DNA of 64,000 nt from Candidatus Puniceispirillales bacterium (GTDB lineage: Bacteria; Pseudomonadota; Alphaproteobacteria; Puniceispirillales; UBA1172). The translations under genes were made by a program, and so were the position numbers. The stretch is taken from positions 1,915 through 65,914 of the forward strand of contig JBMHCY010000003.1 in NCBI GenBank assembly GCA_049889655.1. Reading direction: 5' to 3'. Shown here piece after piece: positions 33,802-43,536 of this stretch (within the stretch, counting starts at the first letter, position 1; every line of letters begins with the position of its first letter). The notes under the pieces are model-generated. The model saw only the letters and a list, made by a program, of their open reading frames with translations. It did not search any database and was not told where the DNA came from.

Positions 33802-36107
33802 GCGTCTTCGGTTTCGCGTGTTGCCTTGCCGGAACCCTGATCCGGGGTTTCGGTGGTGATGACAAGACCGGCGATATCCCCGGCGTCATTCGGTGCATCA
33901 GTATCGACAAGCGCCATACCGCCATCCACCAGCCGCCCAAAGAGCAGTTCTTCGGCCAGCGGCTTCTTGACATATTCCTGAACAACACGGCCAAGCGGAC
34001 GCGCCCCGTAGGCCGGATCATAGCCGCGTTCGGCCAGCCAGTCGCGGGCACTGTCGCTGAGGCTGATGGTGACACCACGATCAGCCAGTTGTGCCTCGAG
34101 CTGGAGGATGAATTTGTCCACCACCCGGCGGATAATCTCCGGCGCAAGCCCGGCAAAGGCAATAATCGCATCAAGTCGGTTGCGGAATTCCGGCGTGAAG
34201 GTCTTTTCGATCGCCTCGGTATCAGCCCCGACATTCATCGTCCGGCCAAAGCCGATCGCCTGCCGGCTGAGCTGCGCCGCCCCGGCATTGGTGGTCATGA
34301 TGATGATGACATTGCGGAAATCGATCGTCTTGCCGTTATGGTCGGTCAGGCGGCCGTTATCCATCACCTGCAAGAGCAGGTTGAAGATATCGGGATGCGC
34401 CTTTTCGATCTCGTCAAGCAGCAGCACGGCATGGGGAGTCTGGTCCACCGCATCGGTGAGCAGACCGCCCTGATCAAAGCCGACATAGCCCGGCGGGGCG
34501 CCGATCAGCCGCGAGACCGAATGACGTTCCATGTATTCGGACATATCGAAACGGATCAGTTTGATGCCAAGGCTGTCCGCCAGTTGACGGGCGACTTCGG
34601 TCTTGCCGACCCCGGTGGGACCGCTGAAGAGATAATTGCCGACAGGCTTTTCCGGCTCCCGCAGCCCGGCGCGCGACAGTTTGATCGCTGAGGCAAGGGC
34701 CGTGATCGCCGCATCCTGGCCATAGACCATGCGCTTGAGATCACTTTCAAGGCTGGCCAGAGCCTTTTTGTCATCCCGGCTGACGCTGCGCGGCGGGATC
34801 CTGGCCATGGTCGCGATAGTGGCCTCAATTTCCTTCTGGCCGATAACCTTGCGGCGGCGCGACGGCGGCAGCAGCATCTGGGCGGAGGCCGCCTCATCGA
34901 TCACGTCAATGGCCTTGTCCGGCAGTTTGCGGTCAGTGATATAACGCGCTGACAGTTCAACCGCTGCCTTCAGCCCGGCTGTCGTGAAGCGGACCCCGTG
35001 GTGTTCCTCATACCGAGTTTTGAGGCCGCTCAGAATCTTGATGGTATCGCCGACTGCCGGTTCGTTGACGTCGATTTTCTGGAACCGCCGCGATAACGCC
35101 CGATCCTTTTCGAACCAGCCACGGAATTCCTTGTAGGTGGTTGAACCGATGCACCGCAGCTTGCCTTCCTGCAATGCCGGCTTGAGCAGATTGGAAGCAT
35201 CCATCGCCCCGCCACTGGTCGCCCCGGCACCGATGATCGTATGGATCTCGTCAATGAAGAGGATCGCATTGTCATCTTGCGAGACCTGTTCCATCACTGC
35301 CTTGAGCCGTTCTTCGAAATCACCGCGATAACGGGTTCCGGCCAGAAGAGCCCCCATATCAAGCGAATAGATGCGGGCCTTGGCCAGGACATCAGGCACC
35401 TCACCTTCGACAACCTTGCGGGCAAGCCCTTCGGCAATCGCTGTCTTGCCGACACCGCTGTCACCAACGAGAAGCGGGTTGTTCTTTGTCCGGCGGCAGA
35501 GCACCTGAATGGTCCGGTCGACTTCTGCCTGACGGCCGATAAGCGGGTCAATGCGGCCATCACCGGCCTTGGCATTGAGATCGACAGCATAGGTTGCAAG
35601 GGCATCCTGGCTCTGGGCCGCATCATCCTGAGCGGCCTCCATCCCTTCGGCGTTGACTTTGCCGGAATTGAACTCAGGGTTCTTGGCGATGCCGTGGCTG
35701 ACATAGGTGACGGCATCAAGCCGAGACATATTCTGCTGCTGCAGGGCCCAGACGGCGTGGCTTTCACGTTCAGCAAAAAGCGCGATCAGCACATTGGCCC
35801 CGGTGGCGACATCGCGCCCGGAGGACTGGGTGTGGATCACCGCCCGTTGCAGGACACGCTGGAAACTGGTGGTGGGCTGGGTTTCGCTGTTTTTGACGCT
35901 GATGCTGGCAAGGGTATCATCAAGATGCCGTTCGATTTCCTCGCGCAGCACAGTGATATCAACATTGCAGGCAGCCAGCACTTCGAGGGCGTCACTGTCT
36001 TCGGTGAGCGCAACCAGCAGATGTTCCAGCGTGGCAAATTCGTGACCCTTTTCTTCGGCCAGTTTCATCGAACGGCGCAGGGTTTCTTCGAGTTCCTGAG
36101 ACAGCAT
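33798..36107 (-). CDS. clpA: ATP-dependent Clp protease ATP-binding subunit ClpA
   Basis: The start reads [10 protein letters not shown]. Two AAA+ modules are present, with Walker A motifs [10 protein letters not shown] and GPTGVGKTE. Confidence 0.94.
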   Translation of the reverse strand: MLSQELEETLRRSMKLAEEKGHEFATLEHLLVALTEDSDALEVLAACNVDITVLREEIERHLDDTLASISVKNSETQPTTSFQRVLQRAVIHTQSSGRDVATGANVLIALFAERESHAVWALQQQNMSRLDAVTYVSHGIAKNPEFNSGKVNAEGMEAAQDDAAQSQDALATYAVDLNAKAGDGRIDPLIGRQAEVDRTIQVLCRRTKNNPLLVGDSGVGKTAIAEGLARKVVEGEVPDVLAKARIYSLDMGALLAGTRYRGDFEERLKAVMEQVSQDDNAILFIDEIHTIIGAGATSGGAMDASNLLKPALQEGKLRCIGSTTYKEFRGWFEKDRALSRRFQKIDVNEPAVGDTIKILSGLKTRYEEHHGVRFTTAGLKAAVELSARYITDRKLPDKAIDVIDEAASAQMLLPPSRRRKVIGQKEIEATIATMARIPPRSVSRDDKKALASLESDLKRMVYGQDAAITALASAIKLSRAGLREPEKPVGNYLFSGPTGVGKTEVARQLADSLGIKLIRFDMSEYMERHSVSRLIGAPPGYVGFDQGGLLTDAVDQTPHAVLLLDEIEKAHPDIFNLLLQVMDNGRLTDHNGKTIDFRNVIIIMTTNAGAAQLSRQAIGFGRTMNVGADTEAIEKTFTPEFRNRLDAIIAFAGLAPEIIRRVVDKFILQLEAQLADRGVTISLSDSARDWLAERGYDPAYGARPLGRVVQEYVKKPLAEELLFGRLVDGGMALVDTDAPNDAGDIAGLVITTETPDQGSGKATRETEDA

Positions 36108-36111
36108 AATG

Positions 36112-36438
36112 CTATTCCTTTTCAATCTGCAACTGGAGCGGGTGCTGATTCTTGCGCGCCAGCTCCATGACCTGCGTGGCCTTTGTTTCAGCCACTTCAT
36201 ATGTATAAACTCCACAGACACCGACACCGCGCTGATGCACGTGCAGCATGATCTGGGTAGCGTCATCATGCGATTTCCGGAAGAAATGCTGGAGAACCAT
36301 GACAACGAATTCCATCGGCGTGTAGTCATCATTGAGCATGATGACCTTGTACATGGCCGGTTTTTTTGTCTTTGGCCTGGTTTTCGTTGCAAGCCCCGTA
36401 TCCGGGCCGCCAGGCTGATTGTCTTTGTCTTGACTCAT
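36112..36438 (-). CDS. clpS: ATP-dependent Clp protease adaptor ClpS
   Basis: The core is [17 protein letters not shown]. The gene lies 4 nt upstream of clpA. The start is ambiguous between 36438 and 36453. I prefer 36438 because GGTGA lies about 9 nt upstream. Confidence 0.9.
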   Translation of the reverse strand: MSQDKDNQPGGPDTGLATKTRPKTKKPAMYKVIMLNDDYTPMEFVVMVLQHFFRKSHDDATQIMLHVHQRGVGVCGVYTYEVAETKATQVMELARKNQHPLQLQIEKE

Positions 36439-36724
36439 GCTTACCATCACCATGCTGGATCAGATGTGATTGTATTCAGTGTCTATGCTCTTCTGACCAT
36501 TCATTGCTCCTACTACTATATTGTCATTTCTGCGGCCTTTGAAACCCCTTGACGCAAAAACCAGGAAAGTTTCATTCGACCGGGTCTGTTCTGCCCCGCG
36601 GGAACCCTGAAAATATGGCCGATCTTGTAGGTAAATTTTTTTTCTACACATAATATGGTATTTACGCTATATTAAGGTAATGATGCGAATGAAGGGTTTT
36701 CTGCTGGATGGGCAATCTTGAAAG

Positions 36725-37960
36725 ATGAGAATCCGGATATTCTTCCTCCCATTACTGTTGGCACTGGCTGTGGTGATTTCACCACAGCCATCTTTTGCCA
36801 AATATGCCTCGATTATCGTCAACGAGACCACCGGCAAGGTCATGTATGCGCGCAATGCCGACCGGCGGCTTTTCCCCGCCTCGCTGACCAAGGTGATGAC
36901 GCTCTACATCGTTTTTGAGGAAATCGAAGCCGGCCGGTTGAGCCTTGATACCCGCATGAAAGTGAGCCGGGTTGCCGCGGGCCGGTCACCATCGAAACTC
37001 TGGCTGCGCCCCGGTTCAACGATCCGCACCCGCGATGCTGTCATGGCCTTGATCACCAAATCCGCCAATGATGTCGCCACGGTGGTCGCCGAACATATCG
37101 GCGGCACCGAACGTGAGTTTGCCAAGCGGATGACGCGCAAGGCCCGCTCGCTGGGGATGACCAACACCACTTTCCGCAATGCGTCCGGCCTGCCGCATTC
37201 AAAGCAGCGTTCGACGGCCCGGGACATGGCCCGGCTGGCTATCGCCATGCGCAAGGATTTCCCGCAGTATTTCCACCTGTTCAAATCAAAAAGTTTTTCC
37301 TGGAAGGGCAAGCGGTTCCGCAACCACAACAAACTGCTGAGCAACTACAAGGGAACCGACGGGATCAAGACAGGTTATACCAACGCCTCCGGTTTCAACC
37401 TGATCGCGACTGTCGAGCGCAACGGCACGCGGCTGGTCGGGGTTGTCTTCGGCGGCCGCACCGGTAAATCACGCGACAAGCATATGCGCTATCTGCTGAC
37501 CAAGCAGTTCAACCGCCTGCCTGCGCTGAAAGCCCCGACCCTGCGTCAGGCGAAAGCCCCCACCATCGCGCCGCCGCCACCCAAGCCGAAACAGATCAAG
37601 GTTTTCCGCGATCAGAAGAGCATCGCACTGGCGGCATCGGCCAAGCCTGCCCCACCGCCTGATCTGCCGGTGCTTGCTGATCCGGTCGCCGAAAAACCAA
37701 ACCCTGTTCAGGACTGGGGTATCCAGATCGGCAGTTTTGCCCGCCAGGCCAACGCCCATACCGCAGCCCGTGATGCTCGGCACGCCGCGGTCAGCTTCCT
37801 GCGCCGCCAGCCTGCCCTCGTCCGGCCGGTCCAGTTCGGCTCGGTCGTCTTCTGGCAGGTACAGTTTCGCGGTTTCAACGAAGATCAGGCCCGTGAAGCC
37901 TGCTTTGAGTTGCACCAGACCGGCATGGCCTGTATCGCGGTTCCAGCCCCCCGCGTCTAA
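36725..37960 (+). CDS. D-alanyl-D-alanine carboxypeptidase (S11 family) fused to a C-terminal SPOR domain
   Basis: It has a signal peptide, SxxK (ASLTKVMT), SxN (SANDVA) and KTG (KTGYT). A Pro-rich linker leads to a SPOR-like tail (WGIQIGSFARQANAHTAARDA). Confidence 0.85.
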   Translation: MRIRIFFLPLLLALAVVISPQPSFAKYASIIVNETTGKVMYARNADRRLFPASLTKVMTLYIVFEEIEAGRLSLDTRMKVSRVAAGRSPSKLWLRPGSTIRTRDAVMALITKSANDVATVVAEHIGGTEREFAKRMTRKARSLGMTNTTFRNASGLPHSKQRSTARDMARLAIAMRKDFPQYFHLFKSKSFSWKGKRFRNHNKLLSNYKGTDGIKTGYTNASGFNLIATVERNGTRLVGVVFGGRTGKSRDKHMRYLLTKQFNRLPALKAPTLRQAKAPTIAPPPPKPKQIKVFRDQKSIALAASAKPAPPPDLPVLADPVAEKPNPVQDWGIQIGSFARQANAHTAARDARHAAVSFLRRQPALVRPVQFGSVVFWQVQFRGFNEDQAREACFELHQTGMACIAVPAPRV

Positions 37961-37969
37961 TCCGGAGTT

Positions 37970-38425
37970 TCAGCCCTTTCCAGGGCGCTGCTGACCTGTG
38001 AACTGCTCATGCAGATCAATGGGGTTTTCTTCCAGCGGCTGATGCCCTGGATGATCATGCAGAAAAATATGGCCACCGAATTTTAGTTGCGTCGGGTCAT
38101 CAAGCATCCCCGCCATGATTGAGATCATGGGGCTGCCATCAATGCGATAAAACATTTGGCCGCCGCAATGCTGGCAGAAGCCTCTCTCCGCCCAGTCTGA
38201 ACTGCGATACCATTTCAGATCATCACCCCTGATTTCAACATTTTCCGCCAACGCCCCCGTCGCCGCGACGGAATTACCGGCAAGTTTCATGCAATCACGG
38301 CAGTGACAGGCGAGAACGTCACGCAATTCCCCGGTGACAGTAAACTGCACCCGGCCACAATGGCAGCCGCCCCTGGTTGTTCTGCTGGCAGCCTTTTGGG
38401 CAGCATTTTCCTTTGTATCAGTCAT
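37970..38425 (-). CDS. GFA/CENP-V family protein (glutathione-dependent formaldehyde-activating-like zinc protein)
   Basis: Cys motifs are GGCHCGRVQF, CHCRDC and CQHCGG. Confidence 0.8.
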   Translation of the reverse strand: MTDTKENAAQKAASRTTRGGCHCGRVQFTVTGELRDVLACHCRDCMKLAGNSVAATGALAENVEIRGDDLKWYRSSDWAERGFCQHCGGQMFYRIDGSPMISIMAGMLDDPTQLKFGGHIFLHDHPGHQPLEENPIDLHEQFTGQQRPGKG

Positions 38426-38580
38426 CGGCACCTCCCTTTGAGCGCATGCTGACAATCTGTCGCAAACACCACTGCACCGGAAACAGCATCGACTTCACAG
38501 AAAAGCCTTGCCTTTTGAAAGGTGCACGCTATTCTATTAGAAGTTCGTTATATTTGTTTTGCTGAAATGAGTTTTGTGTC

Positions 38581-39147
38581 ATGGACGATACCACTTCTTT
38601 ACCCGAAAAACTGCAAAAAAGTGGCCGCAGCAGCGGTCGCGGTGGCGCCCGCCCCGGTGCCGGACGCCCGAAAGGCCAGGGCCCCTACGGTGAGGCGACC
38701 AAGCCGATCCGGATTCCGCTCAGCAAGGTTGACCAGGTCATGCAGTATATCAAGAAGGGGCATATGGAACTGCCGCTGTTCAGCTGTGCGGTGGCCGCAG
38801 GCTTTCCTTCACCGGCGGATGACCATCTTGAAGGCAGCCTCGATCTCAATGAACATCTGATCCAGCGACCGGCAGCGACATTCTTTGTCCGGGTCAGCGG
38901 TGATTCGATGATCAAGGCCGGTATCCATGAAGATGATATTCTGGTGGTCGACCGCAGCATTGAGCCGCGCCACGGCAAGATCGTTATCGCCGCAGTCGAG
39001 GGACAGTTGACCGTCAAGCGCCTGCACCGCAAATCCGGGCAGACAATTCTGATGCCGGAAAACGATTCCTACGAGCCGATCCGGATCCGTGACGACAATG
39101 ACATGGTGATCTGGGGTGTTGTCACCAGCGTCATTCACAAAGTCTGA
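38581..39147 (+). CDS. umuD: UmuD-like S24 autopeptidase with a ~50-aa basic N-terminal extension
   Basis: The cleavage region AAGFPSPADD aligns with E. coli CGFPSPAADY. The Ser is in SGDSMI and the Lys is in TVKRL. GC3-rich coding begins exactly at 38581. An internal ATG at 38740 would give a canonical 135-aa UmuD. Confidence 0.8.
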   Translation: MDDTTSLPEKLQKSGRSSGRGGARPGAGRPKGQGPYGEATKPIRIPLSKVDQVMQYIKKGHMELPLFSCAVAAGFPSPADDHLEGSLDLNEHLIQRPAATFFVRVSGDSMIKAGIHEDDILVVDRSIEPRHGKIVIAAVEGQLTVKRLHRKSGQTILMPENDSYEPIRIRDDNDMVIWGVVTSVIHKV

Positions 39148-39173
39148 ACGCCGCAGCATGGGAAGGTGGGACC

Positions 39174-40481
39174 ATGGCGTGCTATGCGCTTGTCGACTGC
39201 AACAATTTCTATGCGTCCTGCGAGCGGGTGTTCAACCCGCGGCTGAACGGCCAGCCTGTGGTGGTGCTGTCGAACAATGACGGCTGTGTCATCGCCCGGT
39301 CGGATGAAGCCAAGGCTGTCGGCATCCCCATGGGCGCCCCCCTGCATGAATATGAAGGCACGATGAAACGCAACAAGGTGGCGGTGTTTTCATCGAATTA
39401 CGCTCTTTATGGTGATATGTCGGCCCGGGTGATGGAATCGCTCGGCCAGTTCACCCCGGCGGTCGAAGTCTATTCGATTGACGAAGCCTTTCTGGGGCTG
39501 GACGGGTTTGACCGCGCCATGCTGCCGGATCATCTCGTGACCATGCGGCGGTCCATCCGGCAATGGACGGGCATTCCGGTGTCGGTCGGCGTTGCCCCCA
39601 CCAAGACACTGGCCAAACTCGCCAACCGCATCGCCAAGAAATACACCACGGACGGGGTTTATATCCTTGATGATCCGGCGCTGATGCCGCGCATCCTCGG
39701 CGATATCGCCATCGAGGATATCTGGGGCATTTCGAAACGCTGGGGGCGGCGGCTGCGGCAACTGGGGATCACCACCGCGCTCGATCTGCAACGGGCCAGC
39801 CCGCGCCAGATCAGGCAGACGCTTTCCGTGGTGGGCGAACGCATCGTCCATGAACTCAACGGCCAGCCCTGCCTTGAGATTGAGGAAATCCAGCCAAAGC
39901 AAACGATCATGTCATCGCGCAGTTTCGGGACCATGATCAGCGATCTGAAAAGCCTTGAGGAGGCCGTGGCGAGTTACACGGCCCGGGCTGCCGAAAAACT
40001 GCGTCACCAGCAGAGCCGGGCGGGCGGGCTCTATGTCTTTATCCGCACCAACCGATTCCGCCAGCAGGACCCGCAATACAGCAACGCGGCGATGGTCGGG
40101 TTCGACACCGCCACCAGCGATACCGCTGTCCTGATTCGCGGCGCGATCACCGTGCTGCGGCGGCTCTACCGTAAGGGATACCGCTATCACAAGGCCGGGG
40201 TCATGCTGACCGAACTGACGGTGGGCGGGGCCGAGCAGATGAGCCTGTTCAGCATGGATGAGGCAAGCCGCCAGCAACGCCGTTCCGGTGACCGGCGCAT
40301 GGCGGTGCTTGATACGGTCAATACCCGCATGGGTCAGGGCACGCTGTTTCACGCAGCAGAAGGGCTCGGCACGGCACGCATCAGCCGCGGCCGCCGGGGC
40401 CTGGAAAAATGGCGGATGCGGTCCCGCTTCAAATCACCGTCCTATACCACACGCTGGAGCGATCTGGCACAGGTGAGCTGA
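39174..40481 (+). CDS. umuC: Y-family translesion DNA polymerase V catalytic subunit UmuC
   Basis: N-terminal motifs are YALVDCNNFYASCERVFNP and SIDEAFL. The protein is 435 aa and lies directly downstream of umuD. Confidence 0.9.
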   Translation: MACYALVDCNNFYASCERVFNPRLNGQPVVVLSNNDGCVIARSDEAKAVGIPMGAPLHEYEGTMKRNKVAVFSSNYALYGDMSARVMESLGQFTPAVEVYSIDEAFLGLDGFDRAMLPDHLVTMRRSIRQWTGIPVSVGVAPTKTLAKLANRIAKKYTTDGVYILDDPALMPRILGDIAIEDIWGISKRWGRRLRQLGITTALDLQRASPRQIRQTLSVVGERIVHELNGQPCLEIEEIQPKQTIMSSRSFGTMISDLKSLEEAVASYTARAAEKLRHQQSRAGGLYVFIRTNRFRQQDPQYSNAAMVGFDTATSDTAVLIRGAITVLRRLYRKGYRYHKAGVMLTELTVGGAEQMSLFSMDEASRQQRRSGDRRMAVLDTVNTRMGQGTLFHAAEGLGTARISRGRRGLEKWRMRSRFKSPSYTTRWSDLAQVS

Positions 40482-40482
40482 T

Positions 40483-41652
40483 CTAGCGCGGCAGCTCGCT
40501 TTCCACCAGCTGGGCCCAGTAACTGGCTCCCAGCGGCAGCAGCTCGTCATTGAAATCGTATTGGGCGTTGTGCAGCATACAGCCAAGGCCGCCCTCACCG
40601 GCGCCGAGCCAGATATAAGCCCCCGGGCGGGCTTCGAGCATATAGGAGAAATCCTCCGATGCCATGGATGGCGGCGCATCGAAGACAACAGATTGCGGGC
40701 CGAGCACCGTTTCCATCACCGCGGCCGCCCGTTCAGCCTCGGCGGCATGGTTGATCGTGGGCGGGTAGCCGTATTCCCATTCAAGAACAGCCGTGCAATC
40801 GTGGGCAGCGGCCACGGTCTCCGCCAGGTGGTGCAGGCGCTGCTTGATAAAGACCCCGGTATCTTTACGAACATAGCGAGCCGTGCCGGTGATCTCGGCG
40901 ATATCAGGGATAACATTATGGGTGGTCCCGGCATGGAACTGGGTCACGGAAACCACAGCCGGATCAAGCGGGTCAATACGGCGTGAGACAATCGACTGGA
41001 ACGCATCGACAATCGCCGCCCCGGCAACGATCGGATCGATGGTGGTGTGGGGCATGGCGGCATGGCCGCTCTTGCCGGTGATGGTCAGGGTGAACATATC
41101 CGCCGCTGCCATGGAGGCTTCGCGCTGGACAACCACCTTGCCGACATCGAGCCCCGGCCAGTTGTGCATCCCCCAGACGGTTTCCACGGGAAACTGATCA
41201 AAGAGCCCGTCCTTGATCATCACCTCGCCGCCACCGCCGCCTTCTTCGGCAGGCTGGAAGATCAGCACGGCAGCCCCGTCAAAGTTGCGGGTTTCCGCGA
41301 GATATTTCGCCGCCCCGAGCAGCATGGTGGTATGGCCGTCATGGCCACAGGCGTGCATTTTCCCGGGATTCTGCGAGAGGTGATCAAAATCATTTTCCTC
41401 GGTGATCGGCAGGGCATCGATATCAGCCCTCAGCCCGATCATGCGGCTGCTTTCGCCCTGCCCCCGGATGATCCCGACAACTCCAGTCCCGGCCATGCCG
41501 CGATGCACCTCAATACCGAACGATTCGAGCTTCTCAGCGATAAAATCGGCGGTGGCGTGTTCCTCGAAACCGAGTTCCGGATGGGCGTGGAGATACCGCC
41601 TCCAGGCAGTCATTTCATCGTGATTGTCAGCGATCGTATTGATGACGGGCAT
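40483..41652 (-). CDS. M20D-family amidohydrolase (N-acyl-amino-acid/hippurate hydrolase-like)
   Basis: Motifs are HAHPELGFEE, MHACGHDGH and QPAEEGGGG. Confidence 0.8.
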   Translation of the reverse strand: MPVINTIADNHDEMTAWRRYLHAHPELGFEEHATADFIAEKLESFGIEVHRGMAGTGVVGIIRGQGESSRMIGLRADIDALPITEENDFDHLSQNPGKMHACGHDGHTTMLLGAAKYLAETRNFDGAAVLIFQPAEEGGGGGEVMIKDGLFDQFPVETVWGMHNWPGLDVGKVVVQREASMAAADMFTLTITGKSGHAAMPHTTIDPIVAGAAIVDAFQSIVSRRIDPLDPAVVSVTQFHAGTTHNVIPDIAEITGTARYVRKDTGVFIKQRLHHLAETVAAAHDCTAVLEWEYGYPPTINHAAEAERAAAVMETVLGPQSVVFDAPPSMASEDFSYMLEARPGAYIWLGAGEGGLGCMLHNAQYDFNDELLPLGASYWAQLVESELPR

Positions 41653-41845
41653 CGGCCTCTCCTTAAAGAATTACGAATATCATAACCGTATTCATGGCCT
41701 TGGCAAGGTGGCGGCGTCTCCACCATGTCGCGGAAGGTCGAGGGGCTGTCGTTATAAAGACAGGCACAGGCTTTGTTTTCAGACAATAATCGGCTATTAG
41801 TTTCAATCCGAATTGATCCTCACCCGCGGTATATGAGGTGTTCTT

Positions 41846-43141
41846 ATGGCAAACAGCCCTGACAGAGGTGTGCGCGGCCTTCCCGGCGGCAAACCGAAAT
41901 ATTCGGCGTTCTCGCTCGCCCGCAACGCCGGATCGTACCATCAGAACTGGCAGCGTGCCTGGCGCGCGCCGGACCCGAAACCGGAATATGATGCCGTCAT
42001 CGTCGGTGGCGGTGGCCATGGCCTCGCAACAGCGTATTATCTGGCCGCTGTCCACGGCATGACGAATATTGCTGTCGTGGAAAAGGGCTGGCTTGGCGGC
42101 GGTAACACCGGCCGCAACACGACCATCATCCGGTCGAATTATATGTGGGATGAAAGCGCGGCGATCTATGACCATGCCCTGAAACTCTGGGAAGGACTGG
42201 CCCAGGATATCAACTTCAACATCATGTTCAGCCAGCGCGGCGTTCTGACCATCGCCCATAGCGAACACGAATTGAGAGAAATGTCCCGGCGGGTGCACGC
42301 GATCCGGCTCAACGGCATCGACAGTGAGGTGCTCGGCCCGGACGCGATCAAGAAGTTTGTCCCGACCATCAATATCGACCAGTCGATCCGCTATCCGGTC
42401 ATGGGCGGCTTCCTGCAAAAGCGTGGCGGGACAGCCCGCCATGACGCGGTTGCCTGGGGCTATGCCCGGGCGGCGGATGATCTGGGTGTCGATATCATCC
42501 AGAATTGCGAGGTCACCGGGCTGCGCCGTAAGGGCAGCACCATCGAGGGTGTCGAAACCACCCGTGGCTTCATCAAGACCCCGAAGGTCGGCTGTGTTGT
42601 TGCCGGGCACTGCTCCGTGCTTGCCGCCATGGCCGGGATCCGGCTGCCGATTGCCAGCCGCCCGCTGCAGGCCCTCGTCTCAGAGCCAATCAAGCCGATT
42701 CTCGATACCGTCATCATGTCAAACGCGGTGCATATGTATATCAGCCAGTCCGACAAGGGGGAAATGGTCCTCGGTGCCGGTGTCGACAAATACAATTCCT
42801 ATGCCCAGCGCGGCTCCTTCCCCGTACCGGAACACATGATCGCCGCGGCGGTCGAGTTGTTCCCGGTGCTCTCGCGGCTGCGGATGCTGCGCCACTGGGG
42901 CGGTATCGTGGACACCTGCCCCGATGCCTCACCGATTCTTTCAAAGACCGATGTCGAGGGGCTCTATTTCAATTGCGGCTGGGGGACAGGCGGGTTCAAG
43001 GCAACCCCGGGTTCCGGCCATGTGTTCGCCGATCTGATCGCCAATGACCGGCCGAACACCATTGCCGCGCCCTATTCATTGAAACGTTTTGAAACCGGCC
43101 TGCTGATCGATGAACACGGCGCTGCCGGCGTGGCCCATTAA
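41846..43141 (+). CDS. soxB: Heterotetrameric sarcosine oxidase subunit beta
   Basis: The N-terminal segment is [10 protein letters not shown] and the FAD fold is [20 protein letters not shown]. It is followed by soxD, soxA and soxG. Confidence 0.9.
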   Translation: MANSPDRGVRGLPGGKPKYSAFSLARNAGSYHQNWQRAWRAPDPKPEYDAVIVGGGGHGLATAYYLAAVHGMTNIAVVEKGWLGGGNTGRNTTIIRSNYMWDESAAIYDHALKLWEGLAQDINFNIMFSQRGVLTIAHSEHELREMSRRVHAIRLNGIDSEVLGPDAIKKFVPTINIDQSIRYPVMGGFLQKRGGTARHDAVAWGYARAADDLGVDIIQNCEVTGLRRKGSTIEGVETTRGFIKTPKVGCVVAGHCSVLAAMAGIRLPIASRPLQALVSEPIKPILDTVIMSNAVHMYISQSDKGEMVLGAGVDKYNSYAQRGSFPVPEHMIAAAVELFPVLSRLRMLRHWGGIVDTCPDASPILSKTDVEGLYFNCGWGTGGFKATPGSGHVFADLIANDRPNTIAAPYSLKRFETGLLIDEHGAAGVAH

Positions 43142-43173
43142 CGGCCACGGCATCATCTGACGGAGAGTTGACC

Positions 43174-43536
43174 ATGCTGTTGATCCCCTGCCCTCACTGC
43201 GGTGACCGAGACGAGCTGGAATTCAGCTGCGGCGGCGAGGCCCATATCGCCCGGCCACTGGCTGAAAACACCATTAGCGATGCTGAATTTGCGGAATACC
43301 TGTTCCTGCGCGACAACCCCAAGGGGGTGTTCCTCGAACGCTGGCAGCACGCTGCCGGTTGCCGCCGCTGGTTCAACATGGCCCGCGATACGGTCAGCCA
43401 TGAGATCATCGAGGTCTATGCCATGGGCGAGACCCCGAAAACGGAAGCGGCAAAAGCCGCCCATGCCGCCAACTGGAGACGCCAGAGCCCGGCTGAAGCC
43501 GCGGCCAAACCTGCTGCAAAGGGGCGCAAGTCATGA
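43174..43536 (+). CDS. soxD: Sarcosine oxidase subunit delta
   Basis: The zinc-ribbon start is MLLIPCPHCGDRDELEF. The C-terminus carries an extra Lys/Ala-rich tail. The stop overlaps the soxA start as ATGA. Confidence 0.85.
   Translation: MLLIPCPHCGDRDELEFSCGGEAHIARPLAENTISDAEFAEYLFLRDNPKGVFLERWQHAAGCRRWFNMARDTVSHEIIEVYAMGETPKTEAAKAAHAANWRRQSPAEAAAKPAAKGRKS

Noticed and set aside
38540-38580. Alphaproteobacterial LexA box (GTTC-N7-GTTC) in front of umuD
   Set aside because: Only GTTC-N7-TTGT is present, and I saw no gamma-type CTGT-N8-ACAG either. This is not enough to call an SOS box, so it is recorded as absent or uncertain in the umuD finding.
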